Of a stretch of 64,000 nt of DNA, positions 43,407-53,910 are shown piece by piece (the first letter of the stretch is position 1; every line of letters starts with the position of its first letter). The DNA comes from an uncultured Dorea sp. GTDB lineage: Bacteria > Bacillota > Clostridia > Lachnospirales > Lachnospiraceae. The stretch spans positions 510 to 64,509 of the forward strand of contig CAKRAH010000009.1 of assembly GCA_934294775.1 (NCBI GenBank), written 5' to 3'. A program made the translations under genes and the position numbers. The notes below the pieces were generated by a model. It had not been told where the DNA came from, ran no database searches, and worked only from the letters and a program-made list of their open reading frames with translations.

Positions 43407-45959
43407 ATGAAGAAATCGTTTCAGATTTTCAAAAGAGATCTTGGCAGACTTTTCCGCAACCGGGCAGCAGTGCTGATTCTGGTAGGAATCAGTGTGTTAC
43501 CGTCTCTGTATGCCTGGTTTAACATTGCGGCCAATATGGATCCATATGGGAATACCAGAGGAATTAAAGTGGCGGTTGCGAATCAGGATAAAGGGGCAGA
43601 CAGTGAACAGATATCCCTGGATGCAGGAAAGACTATTATAGATAGTCTGAAGGAAAATAAGCAGCTGGGATGGACATTTGTAGACGAAAGTCAGGCAAAA
43701 AAAGAAGTCCGTTCCGGAAAATATTACGCTGCCATTGTGATACCGGAAGATTTTAGCGAGTCGCTTTTAAGTATCTTATCCGGAGATATCAAACAGCCAA
43801 AATTAGACTACTATATTAATGAAAAGAAAAATGCCATTGCTCCAAAGATCACAGATACCGGAGCAAGTACGATCCAGCAGCAGATCAATGATACGTTTAC
43901 ATCTGTTGCAGCAGAATCCATCGCTGATCTGGTAGGAGAAAAAGCCGGAGATGTGGCAGGAAAAGTAGATGAAAATAATTCCGGAATTGTAAAGGATATC
44001 GCACAGATCAGAGAGAATCTGAAGGAATACAATCAGGTCCTTGATAATTTCCAGAAGACGGCAGATAAGTCAGATTCGGTGATCCAGACAGCGGTATCTG
44101 CCCTTGATCAGGTTAAGACAACTGCCGATACCGGAGCAGCAGCCTTAAAAGACAGTACCGCTGTCATGGATGATACAAGATCAGCAGTCGGTACATTTTC
44201 AAGTGAATTCGCTAAAGGATTATCAAACGGCGAGACACTTATGAATGATACGTATGTATCTGCCGCTGCAAAGCTTGGCGTATTTGAAACAAAAGCCTCA
44301 CAGGCACTGACGACTGTAGATGATACACTGACAACTGTAAACTCACTGGTGCAGAAGAACCGGGAACTCTTAGATCAGCTCCAGGCGCTGAATGACAAAA
44401 TCCAGGGACATACAGAACTTGCACAGCAGTTTTCGGCACTGATCGGTGAAAAGATCACGGAACTTCAAAATCAGAATACATCACTTCAGAATCTGATTAC
44501 ATCGCTGCAGAGTGGAAATGCAGGAATCAAAAATGCAGTTGAAACGGCGCAGACAACAAGAACTTCTCTTGAAAAGCTTGCCGCAAGCAGCAAAGAAAGC
44601 CTGCAGAATTACAGGAATAGTTTCGATACTAATCTGATGCCGCAGCTGAATCAGTCATTAGACAGTCTTGCATCATTAAGCGGAAGTCTGTCATCAACAC
44701 TGACTGGAATAGAACCTACAGTGAATCAGATGAAAGTGATCCTGAATCAGTTAAACCAGAGCTTAAAGGACAGCGCAAGTGCGCTTGGACAGACCGGAAC
44801 GATACTTGCAAGGGTAGATGAGCTGCTGGCATCGGTACAGAATGACCTGGGAGCATTACAGAGCTCTGAACTTTATCAGAAGCTTGTATCACTGGAAGGA
44901 ATTGACGCGGATTCTATCGCAGATTTTATGTCATCACCGGTCAGCATCAATTCAAAAGTATTCTATGATGTAAAAAATTATGGATCAGGAATGACACCAT
45001 TTTATACCAATCTTGCCCTCTGGGTAGGCGGGCTGATTCTTGTTTCTATCCTGAAACAGGAAGTAGACAAAGATGAAAAAATCAAAAGATTTACCGCAGC
45101 GAATGCATATTTTGGAAGATGGCTTTTGTTTGTGGCAGTAGGACTGGTACAGGGATTTATCGTATGTGTGGGAGATATCGTGCTGTTAAAGGCACAGTGT
45201 CTGCACCCGGTTGCATTTGTATGTGTCGGAATGTTCTGCTCATTTATCTATGTAAATATTATCTATGCACTGGCACTGACATTCAAACATATCGGAAAAG
45301 CATTAGGAGTGTTGCTTGTAATCCTGCAGATCCCTGGCTCGTCCGGAACCTATCCGATCGAGATGACACCGGCATTTTTCCAGCATCTGCATCCACTTCT
45401 TCCATTTACTTATGGAATCAATGCCATGCGTGAGTGTGTTGCCGGGATGTATGGAACGAATATCTGGAAGGATGTGGGAATCCTGGCGATTTATTTCCCA
45501 CTGTCGCTGCTGATCGGACTGGGACTGCGGCCGCTTCTGATGAATCTTAATCATCTGTTTGATAAGCGTCTTGCAGAGACGGAGCTCATGCTTGGAGAGA
45601 CGGAAGCAGAAGAAAGAAAACGTCCTGAGATTGCAATGATGATGAAGACACTGATGCAGGATGAAGAATGGAAGCAGGAATTTATGGAAAGATCTGCAGC
45701 CTTTGAACGCAGATATCCGAAGATGATAAGATGGGGATTTGCAGGAATGATCGTGATACCGCTTATCTTTCTGGTGTTAATGTTCAGTCTGGAATCTAAA
45801 CTGGTATTCCTGGTTCTGTGGATCGTATCGATCATCGTGCTGGCACTTTATCTAATCTGTGTAGAGTATTTCCACGATAAGATGGAACGCGAGCTGGAAG
45901 CAATTCATATAACGACCGAAGAACTGATACACGAATTAAAGGAGGAAAGAGGCGAATGA
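43407..45959 (+). CDS. YhgE/Pip-domain membrane protein (phage infection protein family), copy 1
   Basis: 850 aa. The N-terminus FKRDLGRLFRNRAAVLILVGISVLPSLYAWFNIAANMDPYGNT is the YhgE/Pip signature. There is a long Q/S/T/L-rich helical ectodomain and a C-terminal ABC-2-like TM bundle. Confidence 0.8.
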   Translation: MKKSFQIFKRDLGRLFRNRAAVLILVGISVLPSLYAWFNIAANMDPYGNTRGIKVAVANQDKGADSEQISLDAGKTIIDSLKENKQLGWTFVDESQAKKEVRSGKYYAAIVIPEDFSESLLSILSGDIKQPKLDYYINEKKNAIAPKITDTGASTIQQQINDTFTSVAAESIADLVGEKAGDVAGKVDENNSGIVKDIAQIRENLKEYNQVLDNFQKTADKSDSVIQTAVSALDQVKTTADTGAAALKDSTAVMDDTRSAVGTFSSEFAKGLSNGETLMNDTYVSAAAKLGVFETKASQALTTVDDTLTTVNSLVQKNRELLDQLQALNDKIQGHTELAQQFSALIGEKITELQNQNTSLQNLITSLQSGNAGIKNAVETAQTTRTSLEKLAASSKESLQNYRNSFDTNLMPQLNQSLDSLASLSGSLSSTLTGIEPTVNQMKVILNQLNQSLKDSASALGQTGTILARVDELLASVQNDLGALQSSELYQKLVSLEGIDADSIADFMSSPVSINSKVFYDVKNYGSGMTPFYTNLALWVGGLILVSILKQEVDKDEKIKRFTAANAYFGRWLLFVAVGLVQGFIVCVGDIVLLKAQCLHPVAFVCVGMFCSFIYVNIIYALALTFKHIGKALGVLLVILQIPGSSGTYPIEMTPAFFQHLHPLLPFTYGINAMRECVAGMYGTNIWKDVGILAIYFPLSLLIGLGLRPLLMNLNHLFDKRLAETELMLGETEAEERKRPEIAMMMKTLMQDEEWKQEFMERSAAFERRYPKMIRWGFAGMIVIPLIFLVLMFSLESKLVFLVLWIVSIIVLALYLICVEYFHDKMERELEAIHITTEELIHELKEERGE

Positions 45960-48139
45960 GAAATATATGGGAAATCTTCCGAAGAGACGTAAAACGGATC
46001 CGAAAGAATGTAATAGCCATGATCGTAATCGTTGGTATTACGGTCGTACCGTGCCTCTATGCCTGGTTTAATATTGCTGCCAGCTGGGATCCGTATGGAA
46101 ATACAGGCAATCTGAAAGTAGCAGTAGCAAGTGTGGATGAAGGATACGAAGGCAGTATCATTCCAATCCAGATCAATGTCGGGGATCAGGTGCTGACCTC
46201 ACTTCGGAGTAATTCACAGCTGGACTGGGTATTTACGAATAAGAAAAAGGCAGTAGAAGGAGTAAAATCCGGAAAATATTATGCGGCAATCGTGATACCA
46301 AAAGATTTCAGTAACGATATGATGAGTATCTTCTCTGAAGATATAAGCAAGCCAAGCATTACGTACTATTCGAATGCAAAAGAAAATGCAATCGCACCGA
46401 AAGTAACAGATAAAGGTGCAAGTGCAATCAAGACACAGGTCAACGAAGTATTCGTAGAGACGGTGACAAATACAGCACTGACGTCATTTAAGACAATTGC
46501 AAATGCAGCGGACCAGGGCGGTGTAGAATCCATTGCGCTGAATCTTGCCAATAATCTGGATAAGATTGCATCGGATCTGAATACAGCATCTGCAACACTT
46601 CAGTCATTTTCAGGAATGACGTCATCAGCACAGCAGTTACTGGACACCACCGGAACATTTTTAAAAGAGACACAGAGCCGGTCATCGGATACTGCATCGT
46701 CACTTAAGAAGACGAAAAAGTCATTCAGCGGAATTCAGGGAACGATAAGCGGTGCAACCGACGGGGTAAATGAAGCGCTGAATTCCGGAAAAGATTTTTA
46801 TGCACAGATGTCTGACATCGTGGATCAGGCATTTTCATCGAATTCATCCAGTGCAGATGATATCGCCGGAACGCTCAATACGCTGGCTTCAAGAGTACAG
46901 AAAGTAATCGATGCGTATACATCACTGCAAAATGCGATCAATGGTATTAATGTAGATGATTTTGCAGAACTGAACCAGATCAAAGGAAATATCATAGGAA
47001 AGCTTGGAGAGACCATTGCAACACAGACAGAACTAAGAGATAAGCTTACGAATACAGCAGCATCTCTGCAGGGGGCGGCTTCCGATGCGGTGAATAACAA
47101 AGCAGAGCTCGACGCCCTGATCAAATCAAGTGCGGACAGTCTCGCAAGTGTGAAATCTGATTATGAAAAGAATGTAAAAGGAAGCCTTAATAAGCTTTCC
47201 TCTTCACTTGGAGATACAAGCGGCAGCCTCAGTACACTTATGAACCAGCTAGATCAGAGTGTGGATGGCGTCTATGATCTTTCAAGTACGGCATCATCTG
47301 ACCTTACAGAGATTGAAAAGGCACTGAATAATTCCTGTGATCTTTTGAACCAGGCAGCTGCAAAGATTACAGATACGACAGCAAAGATTGGAGAAATGCA
47401 GGAAAGCGGTGATTTCTCACAGCTTCAGGAGCTGATATCAGGAGATTCGAATGTGATTGCAGAGTTCCTTGCGGCTCCGGTAAGTCTGAAGACGAATAAG
47501 ATCTATAAGATTGAAAATTATGGATCGTCCATGGCACCGTTTTATTCTACGTTGTCTATCTGGATTGGCGGAATCGTTCTGGTTGCCATGTTAAAGACGG
47601 GTGTATCAGAAAAATGTGCAAAAGGATTACGAAGAGTAAAACCACATCAGGAATATCTGGGAAGATATCTGATCTTCCTCGTGGTTGGTCTGATGCAGAG
47701 TACACTGATCTGTCTCGGAGATCTGCTATACCTTGGAATACAGTGTAAGCATCCGTTCCTGTTCATGCTGGCAGGATGGTTCTCAAGCATTGTATATGTC
47801 AATATTATCTATACACTTACGGTGTCATTCGGAGATATCGGTAAAGCGGTAAGCGTTGTGCTTCTGGTTGTACAGGTGGCAGGTTCGGGAGGAACGTTCC
47901 CGATCGAGGTTGCGCCGGCATTTTTCAAAGCCGTATATCCGCTGCTTCCGTTCGTACACAGCATGGCGGCCCTCAGGGAGACTATTGGAGGTATGTATGG
48001 AATGACATACTGGATCGAACTTGGAAAACTTGGAATCTTCCTGATATTGTCACTGATCCTTGGTCTGGTGCTTAGAAAGCCGATCATCCGGATGAATGAG
48101 GCATTTGCTGAAAAACTGGAAGAAACTAAGATTATGTAA
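45956..48139 (+). CDS. YhgE/Pip-domain membrane protein, copy 2
   Basis: 727 aa with the same architecture (FRRDVKRIRKNVIAMIVIVGITVVPCLYAWFNIAASWDPYGNT...). ATGA start/stop overlap with copy 1. Confidence 0.8.
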   Translation: MRNIWEIFRRDVKRIRKNVIAMIVIVGITVVPCLYAWFNIAASWDPYGNTGNLKVAVASVDEGYEGSIIPIQINVGDQVLTSLRSNSQLDWVFTNKKKAVEGVKSGKYYAAIVIPKDFSNDMMSIFSEDISKPSITYYSNAKENAIAPKVTDKGASAIKTQVNEVFVETVTNTALTSFKTIANAADQGGVESIALNLANNLDKIASDLNTASATLQSFSGMTSSAQQLLDTTGTFLKETQSRSSDTASSLKKTKKSFSGIQGTISGATDGVNEALNSGKDFYAQMSDIVDQAFSSNSSSADDIAGTLNTLASRVQKVIDAYTSLQNAINGINVDDFAELNQIKGNIIGKLGETIATQTELRDKLTNTAASLQGAASDAVNNKAELDALIKSSADSLASVKSDYEKNVKGSLNKLSSSLGDTSGSLSTLMNQLDQSVDGVYDLSSTASSDLTEIEKALNNSCDLLNQAAAKITDTTAKIGEMQESGDFSQLQELISGDSNVIAEFLAAPVSLKTNKIYKIENYGSSMAPFYSTLSIWIGGIVLVAMLKTGVSEKCAKGLRRVKPHQEYLGRYLIFLVVGLMQSTLICLGDLLYLGIQCKHPFLFMLAGWFSSIVYVNIIYTLTVSFGDIGKAVSVVLLVVQVAGSGGTFPIEVAPAFFKAVYPLLPFVHSMAALRETIGGMYGMTYWIELGKLGIFLILSLILGLVLRKPIIRMNEAFAEKLEETKIM

Positions 48140-48223
48140 TCATATGATGAAAAAAGAATACAGGATGTATGAAGTCTTTGGGCACCGGAATGGGGAATAA
48201 GATACCGGGCATACATCAGGATA

Positions 48224-48268
48224 AAAGAGAGACAGAAAGTAAGTTGACAATGAATGTCTCTCTTTTTT
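48224..48268 (+). terminator. Intrinsic terminator
   Basis: AAAGAGAGACA ... TGTCTCTCTTT followed by TTT. Confidence 0.6.
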
Positions 48269-48370
48269 CGTATAACCTGAATTGAAAAAGTGATTTTTAT
48301 ATGATAGAATTATAAAGAATTATGAGAACTAATAAGACCGGAAGGTCAGAATATATGGAGGTATCAGAAT

Positions 48371-49051
48371 ATGGAAAGCTATAAGCAGGAATTTATTGAA
48401 TTTATGGTAGAAAGTGATGTGCTCAAATTTGGAGAGTTTACATTAAAAAGTGGAAGAAAGTCTCCATTCTTTATGAATGCAGGAGCATATGTGACAGGAT
48501 CACAGCTTAAAAAATTAGGACAGTATTATGCAAAAGCCATTCATGACACATATGGTGATGATTTTGATGTATTATTTGGACCAGCTTACAAGGGAATTCC
48601 ACTTGGTGTTGTGACAGCAATTGCTTATAGTGATCTGTATGGAAAAGAAGTACGTTACTGTTCCGACAGAAAAGAAGAAAAAGACCATGGCGCAGATAAG
48701 GGAAGCTTCCTTGGAAGCAAGTTAAAAGACGGAGACCGTGTCATCATGATCGAAGATGTGACAACATCCGGAAAATCCATGGAAGAGACCGTACCAAAGG
48801 TAAAAGGTGCAGCAGATGTAACCATCGTAGGACTGATGGTATCACTGAACCGTATGGAAGTCGGAAAAGGCGGAGAAAAATGTGCGCTTGATGAAGTAAA
48901 AGAGTTATATGGATTTGATACAGCGGCAATCGTTACAATGGAAGAAGTTGTAGAATGCCTGTATAACAAAGAATGCAACGGAAAAATTGTGATCGATGAT
49001 ACATTAAAAGCAGCCATCGACGCATATTATGAACAGTATGGTGCGAAATAA
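48371..49051 (+). CDS. pyrE: Orotate phosphoribosyltransferase
   Basis: 226 aa with FGEFTLKSGRKSPFF, and the PRPP-binding loop VIMIEDVTTSGKS. Confidence 0.88.
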   Translation: MESYKQEFIEFMVESDVLKFGEFTLKSGRKSPFFMNAGAYVTGSQLKKLGQYYAKAIHDTYGDDFDVLFGPAYKGIPLGVVTAIAYSDLYGKEVRYCSDRKEEKDHGADKGSFLGSKLKDGDRVIMIEDVTTSGKSMEETVPKVKGAADVTIVGLMVSLNRMEVGKGGEKCALDEVKELYGFDTAAIVTMEEVVECLYNKECNGKIVIDDTLKAAIDAYYEQYGAK

Positions 49052-49086
49052 TAAAAGCACAGATCAAAAAAGCGGAGGAACGGACA

Positions 49087-49239
49087 ATGAACGAAAAAGC
49101 TTATAAGACTATGGGACTTGCAGGCGGAGCCGGAATTGCAGTAGGTATCGTTGTGGCAGTCGTAGGAGTAGCAGCCGGGATCATCTCGATCATCAGCGGG
49201 GCACGCCTGTTAAAAGAGCGGAAAGGGTTATTATTTTAA
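49087..49239 (+). CDS. Small hydrophobic protein (50 aa), absent from the supplied ORF track
   Basis: ATG lies 7 nt after GGAGGAA. The translation is MNEKAYKTMGLAGGAGIAVGIVVAVVGVAAGIISIISGARLLKERKGLLF, with one Gly/Ala/Val-rich TM helix. Confidence 0.4.
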   Translation: MNEKAYKTMGLAGGAGIAVGIVVAVVGVAAGIISIISGARLLKERKGLLF

Positions 49240-49336
49240 CCAGATCAGGTAAGTTCCCCTGCTTCAATTGCGAAAAGCAATCGCAGTGGGAACATGTCTT
49301 GTATTATATACAGGGGAATGAAAGGTTATCACTCGG

Positions 49337-49855
49337 ATGGTAACTATGTTAGAAGGGAGTATAAAATTGGATTCAGGGAGAACAAGAAGAATCCGGATAC
49401 TGGGGAAGATACTGTTTGTATTATATGTTATATTTATTATATATTTCCTGTTGTTCTCTGACTGGTACGGGCGTACCGGTGAAATGCAGGAATACCACTA
49501 TAATCTGGTGCTGTTTCAGGAAATAAAAAGATTCTGGCAGTATCGGGAGCAGCTGGGATTCTTTGCTATGTTCACGAATTTATTTGGAAATGTGATCATA
49601 TTCATTCCATTTGGCTTTTTTCTTCCGATGGGAAGCAGATACAGAAGTTTCTTTACAACCACATTTTACAGCTTTGGGTTAAGCCTTGGTGTAGAGATGT
49701 TTCAGTTTATTACAAAAGTAGGAAGTTTTGATGTAGATGACCTGCTTTTGAATACCATCGGGGGAACATGTGGCTATATATTATTTGCAATATGCGCAGC
49801 AATAAGGAGAAGCAGAAGACATGCTGGGAAAAAGACTAAGAACAGAAGACGATAG
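49337..49855 (+). CDS. VanZ-family membrane protein
   Basis: Contains FGNVIIFIPFGFFLP and FDVDDLLLNTIGGTCGYILF, both VanZ-like. The start is uncertain: ATG 49337 or 49346, or TTG 49367 after AAGGGAG. Confidence 0.7.
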   Translation: MVTMLEGSIKLDSGRTRRIRILGKILFVLYVIFIIYFLLFSDWYGRTGEMQEYHYNLVLFQEIKRFWQYREQLGFFAMFTNLFGNVIIFIPFGFFLPMGSRYRSFFTTTFYSFGLSLGVEMFQFITKVGSFDVDDLLLNTIGGTCGYILFAICAAIRRSRRHAGKKTKNRRR

Positions 49856-50213
49856 AATCAAAGCGGCAGCAAAAGCCCGCAAAAAAAAGCGCAAAAAGAT
49901 GCTCAGAACAAAATATGGACAGAAAGCAGTCAGACACTCCAAGAGGGGTGTCTATTCCTGTACTTATGCAGCTGTCATAGCATTTCTGGTAATTGTAATG
50001 ATATTATTTTCATTCAAGAACAGAGGGGATGTAGGTATTCTGATAGGATTTTGCGGACTGGGAACGGCAGTCATGTCCGTGATCGGAATATGGCTGGGAA
50101 TCAAAGGATTAAAAGAGCGCGAGAAGAATTATGTAACCTGCAAAGTAGGAATTACAACGAATGCTATATTTTTAGTGATGATGGCAGCAATGTTTGCAAG
50201 GGGGCTTGTATAG
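49821..50213 (+). CDS. Hypothetical membrane protein with highly basic N-terminus
   Basis: 130 aa with three predicted TM helices. AAGGAG lies ~11 nt upstream. It overlaps the vanZ-like 3' end by 35 nt. Family not recognised. Confidence 0.45.
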   Translation: MLGKRLRTEDDRIKAAAKARKKKRKKMLRTKYGQKAVRHSKRGVYSCTYAAVIAFLVIVMILFSFKNRGDVGILIGFCGLGTAVMSVIGIWLGIKGLKEREKNYVTCKVGITTNAIFLVMMAAMFARGLV

Positions 50214-52256
50214 ATGATAGAAGAAAGATATGAACTGGCACTGGAACGTATCCGTACGATGCAGACGGAGGAGACGGTAAAGGAGCCTTATAGAAGATAT
50301 TTCCGGCAGATGGCAGAATTTGTCCTGATGCTGGATGAACTGCGGGGGGAGCTTCTGGATGGAAGATACCAGAAGCTTGAGCTGCATGCATTAAAAGAAT
50401 GGAACGAACGTCTGTATCAGGACGTTCTGCCGGGGCAGTATGAAACAAGTTATGCCAATCCGGATTATGCATGTGCACTTCTCGGGGAAGAATACGGGCA
50501 GATATTGAGTGCTTTGTATACGGAACTGAGGGGTGCAATTGTCTATGTATTCGAAGGAAAGACGGAATATCTGGATGTGTTGTATGAACTTCTGATCGAA
50601 GTATATAACCAGTTCGAAGAAGAACCGGATATCAAGGCAGTCCGCAATATTTTTTACTGGTATGCAAGTGATTATTGTGATGTCTTTGTTGCAGACCGGG
50701 TAAGAGAGCAGATACTTCCTGAAGAATCATTTGCCACAGATATTATTGAGAACAGTGATCTGTCTGACCTGCGTTATCTGTATCAGTTTGGAGAATATAT
50801 CAGTGATAATGAATGGAAAACCGCAGAGCATCTGATGAAGCTTCCGGAGGAGACCATTCAGAAGATGGCAGATGTATATACAGAAGGATACCGGATTGGA
50901 TTCATTAACACTGGAAAAGACCTGTCTAAAAAATCGGTTGTAAATATCCGGTATATTCTGGGATTTGAAAGAGTTGTAAAAAAGGCAATTGAGAACTTTG
51001 AAAAAATGGGGCTGAAGCCTGTAATCTACCGTGCGGCAGTCAGTGTCCTGACGAAGAGACAGCATATCAAGATTGGATATTACGGTGCTGTAGCGAACAA
51101 GCAGTATGAATACGACCACAAAGATGACCAGGCGTTGTTCCTGGATAAGAAATTCATGGAGCGTAGGCTGGAAGTTATGCAGACCACTTATGAACATCAT
51201 AAAAAAGAGGCAGCAGGATTTGCAGGTCCGGCAGTGATAGAGATGTTCGGGGAAGAGCCGTTTGAACCACAGGCAAAAGAGTCGGTGATCAAGCTGTCGA
51301 AGAATCAGGAAGAACTGGTACTAAGCGGGGACAGCAGACAGAGCCAGATGGTGAACCGTTATATCAAAGGTGAGGAACGAAGTTTTACGATCATCGCATA
51401 TCCGGTTCCGGAGATCGGGAAACAATACGAAGAGATCTTTGATGAGATCATCAAGATCAATACACTGGATGCAAAAGTATACGAGAAAGTGCAGCAGACA
51501 CTGATCGATGCACTGGATCAGGGAGAATATGTGCACATCCTGGGACAGAACGGGAACCGTACAGACTTAAAAGTACAGCTGCATCTATTGCAGGATCCGG
51601 ACAAAGAAACCATATTTGAAAACTGTGTGGCAGATGTGAATATTCCGGTTGGAGAAGTATTTACCTCACCGGTTCTGGAAGGTACGAATGGGGTATTGCA
51701 TGTCGGCAAAGTCTATCTGAATGAACTGCAGTACCGTGATCTGGAGATTGCATTTTCCAATGGTATGGTTTCAGAATATAATTGTGCCAATTTTGAGCGT
51801 GAACTGGAGAATAAGGCCTATATTCACGATAATGTGTTGTATAAGCATCCAACACTTCCGCTTGGGGAATTTGCGATCGGAACGAATACAACCGCATATG
51901 TAACTGCGAAGAAGTATGGCATCGAAGATAAGATGCCGATTCTGATCGCAGAAAAGATGGGGCCGCATTTTGCGGTAGGAGATACCTGTTACAGCTGGTG
52001 TGAGGATATTAAAGTCTATAACCCGAACGGAAAAGAAATCATTGCCAGAGACAACTCGGTATCGATCCGCAGAAAAGAAGATGTATCAAAAGCATATTTC
52101 CACTGCCATACAGATATCACGATTCCATATGAAGAACTGGGCAGTATTGTGGTCGTTACCAAAGATGGAAATGAGATAAAATTGCTTGAAAATGGAAAAT
52201 TTGTACTTTCTGGTACAGAGATTTTAAATGAACCATTGAAAAATTCTAATAAATAG
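50214..52256 (+). CDS. Aminopeptidase, M29 (AmpS/PepS)-like C-terminal domain with a long N-terminal extension
   Basis: 680 aa. The C-terminal part has M29-like motifs (NIPVGEVFTSP, LGEFAIGTN, GPHFAVGDT). The N-terminal ~300 aa are not recognised. Confidence 0.6.
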   Translation: MIEERYELALERIRTMQTEETVKEPYRRYFRQMAEFVLMLDELRGELLDGRYQKLELHALKEWNERLYQDVLPGQYETSYANPDYACALLGEEYGQILSALYTELRGAIVYVFEGKTEYLDVLYELLIEVYNQFEEEPDIKAVRNIFYWYASDYCDVFVADRVREQILPEESFATDIIENSDLSDLRYLYQFGEYISDNEWKTAEHLMKLPEETIQKMADVYTEGYRIGFINTGKDLSKKSVVNIRYILGFERVVKKAIENFEKMGLKPVIYRAAVSVLTKRQHIKIGYYGAVANKQYEYDHKDDQALFLDKKFMERRLEVMQTTYEHHKKEAAGFAGPAVIEMFGEEPFEPQAKESVIKLSKNQEELVLSGDSRQSQMVNRYIKGEERSFTIIAYPVPEIGKQYEEIFDEIIKINTLDAKVYEKVQQTLIDALDQGEYVHILGQNGNRTDLKVQLHLLQDPDKETIFENCVADVNIPVGEVFTSPVLEGTNGVLHVGKVYLNELQYRDLEIAFSNGMVSEYNCANFERELENKAYIHDNVLYKHPTLPLGEFAIGTNTTAYVTAKKYGIEDKMPILIAEKMGPHFAVGDTCYSWCEDIKVYNPNGKEIIARDNSVSIRRKEDVSKAYFHCHTDITIPYEELGSIVVVTKDGNEIKLLENGKFVLSGTEILNEPLKNSNK

Positions 52257-52298
52257 GGTATGATTTATTTGTCAAACTTATAAGAAAGGATGAAAATT

Positions 52299-52811
52299 AT
52301 GCCAAAAGTAGGAATTATTATGGGCAGCGACTCAGATCTTAAGGTTATGAGCAAAGCTGCAGTAATGCTGGAAGAGTTAGGAATCGATTATGAGATGACC
52401 ATCATCTCAGCACATCGTGAACCAGATGAACTGATTGAATGGACCAGAGGAGCAGAAGACCGTGGAATAAAGGTTATGATCGCCGGTGCAGGAATGGCAG
52501 CAGCCCTTCCGGGAATGTGCGCAGCATTATTTGCCCTTCCGGTTATTGGTGTACCTCTCTCAGGAAAGAATCTGGACGGAATGGATGCAGTGTTCTCAAT
52601 CATGCAGATGCCGCCGGGAGTTCCGGTTGCAACCGTAGCAATTGACGGAGCGAAGAATGCAGCAATCCTTGCAGCAAAGATTCTTGCAGCATCAGATGAA
52701 GCACTTCTGAAAAAGCTGAAAGAATATACAAACGAACAGAAAGAAGCAGTAAAAGCCAAGTCTGCAAAGCTTGATTCGATCGGATATGAGGCATATCTGG
52801 CATCGAAATAA
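52299..52811 (+). CDS. purE: 5-(carboxyamino)imidazole ribonucleotide mutase
   Basis: VGIIMGSDSDLKVM, SAHREPD and AGAGMAAALPGM motifs. The start at ATG 52299 is 8 nt after AAAGGA. Confidence 0.88.
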   Translation: MPKVGIIMGSDSDLKVMSKAAVMLEELGIDYEMTIISAHREPDELIEWTRGAEDRGIKVMIAGAGMAAALPGMCAALFALPVIGVPLSGKNLDGMDAVFSIMQMPPGVPVATVAIDGAKNAAILAAKILAASDEALLKKLKEYTNEQKEAVKAKSAKLDSIGYEAYLASK

Positions 52812-52884
52812 AAGAAAACTTATAAAAGATAAATAAAAATCAGGTATCAGAAAAAACAAAACAAAGTACATAAGGAGACGGGTT

Positions 52885-53910
52885 ATGGATTACAAAAAAG
52901 CAGGTGTGGATATTGAAGCAGGTTACAAATCAGTAGAGCTTATGAAAGAGCATGTGAAAAAGACCATGCGCCCAGAAGTTCTTGGTGGACTTGGAGGATT
53001 TTCAGGAGCATTTTCTCTTGCAAAGATCAAAGAGATGGAAGAGCCGGTACTGTTATCCGGAACTGACGGATGCGGAACCAAGGTAAAACTTGCTATGATC
53101 ATGGATAAGCACGATACGATCGGAATCGATGCAGTAGCCATGTGTGTAAATGATATTGCATGTGCAGGTGGAGAGCCATTATTCTTCCTGGATTATATTG
53201 CATGTGGTAAAAACTATCCGGAAAAGATCGCATCAATCGTAAAAGGTGTGGCAGAAGGATGCCTTCAGTCAGAAGCAGCACTGATCGGTGGAGAGACTGC
53301 AGAACATCCTGGACTTATGCCGGAAGATGAATATGACCTTGCAGGATTTGCAGTAGGTGTATGTGATAAGAAAGACATGATCACAGGTGAAGACTTAAAA
53401 GCCGGGGACGTACTGATCGGTATGGCATCTACAGGAGTTCACAGCAATGGATTCTCCTTGGTACGTAAAGTATTTGAGATGACAAAGGAATCTCTGGATA
53501 CTTATTATGATGATCTTGGAACAACACTTGGAGAAGCATTACTTGCTCCGACAAGAATCTATGTAAAAGCATTAAAGAGCGTAAAGAACGCAGGCGTGAA
53601 AGTAAAAGCATGCAGCCATATCACAGGTGGTGGATTCTACGAGAACATTCCAAGAATGTTAAAAGACGGAGTAAGAGCAGTGGTAGAAAAAGACAGCTAC
53701 CCGGTTCCACCAATCTTTACAAAGCTTGCAAAAGAGGGAAATGTAGACGAGCATGCAATGTATAACACATATAACATGGGTATCGGTATGATCGTTGCAG
53801 TAGATCCTGCTGATGTAGATAAGACAATGGAAGCAATCAAAGCTACAGGAGATACACCGTATGTGATCGGTCACATCGAAGACGGAGAAAAGGGAGTAAC
53901 ATTATGCTAA
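52885..53910 (+). CDS. purM: Phosphoribosylformylglycinamidine cyclo-ligase (AIR synthetase)
   Basis: 341 aa with [28 protein letters not shown] and GVHSNGFSL motifs. Confidence 0.9.
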   Translation: MDYKKAGVDIEAGYKSVELMKEHVKKTMRPEVLGGLGGFSGAFSLAKIKEMEEPVLLSGTDGCGTKVKLAMIMDKHDTIGIDAVAMCVNDIACAGGEPLFFLDYIACGKNYPEKIASIVKGVAEGCLQSEAALIGGETAEHPGLMPEDEYDLAGFAVGVCDKKDMITGEDLKAGDVLIGMASTGVHSNGFSLVRKVFEMTKESLDTYYDDLGTTLGEALLAPTRIYVKALKSVKNAGVKVKACSHITGGGFYENIPRMLKDGVRAVVEKDSYPVPPIFTKLAKEGNVDEHAMYNTYNMGIGMIVAVDPADVDKTMEAIKATGDTPYVIGHIEDGEKGVTLC

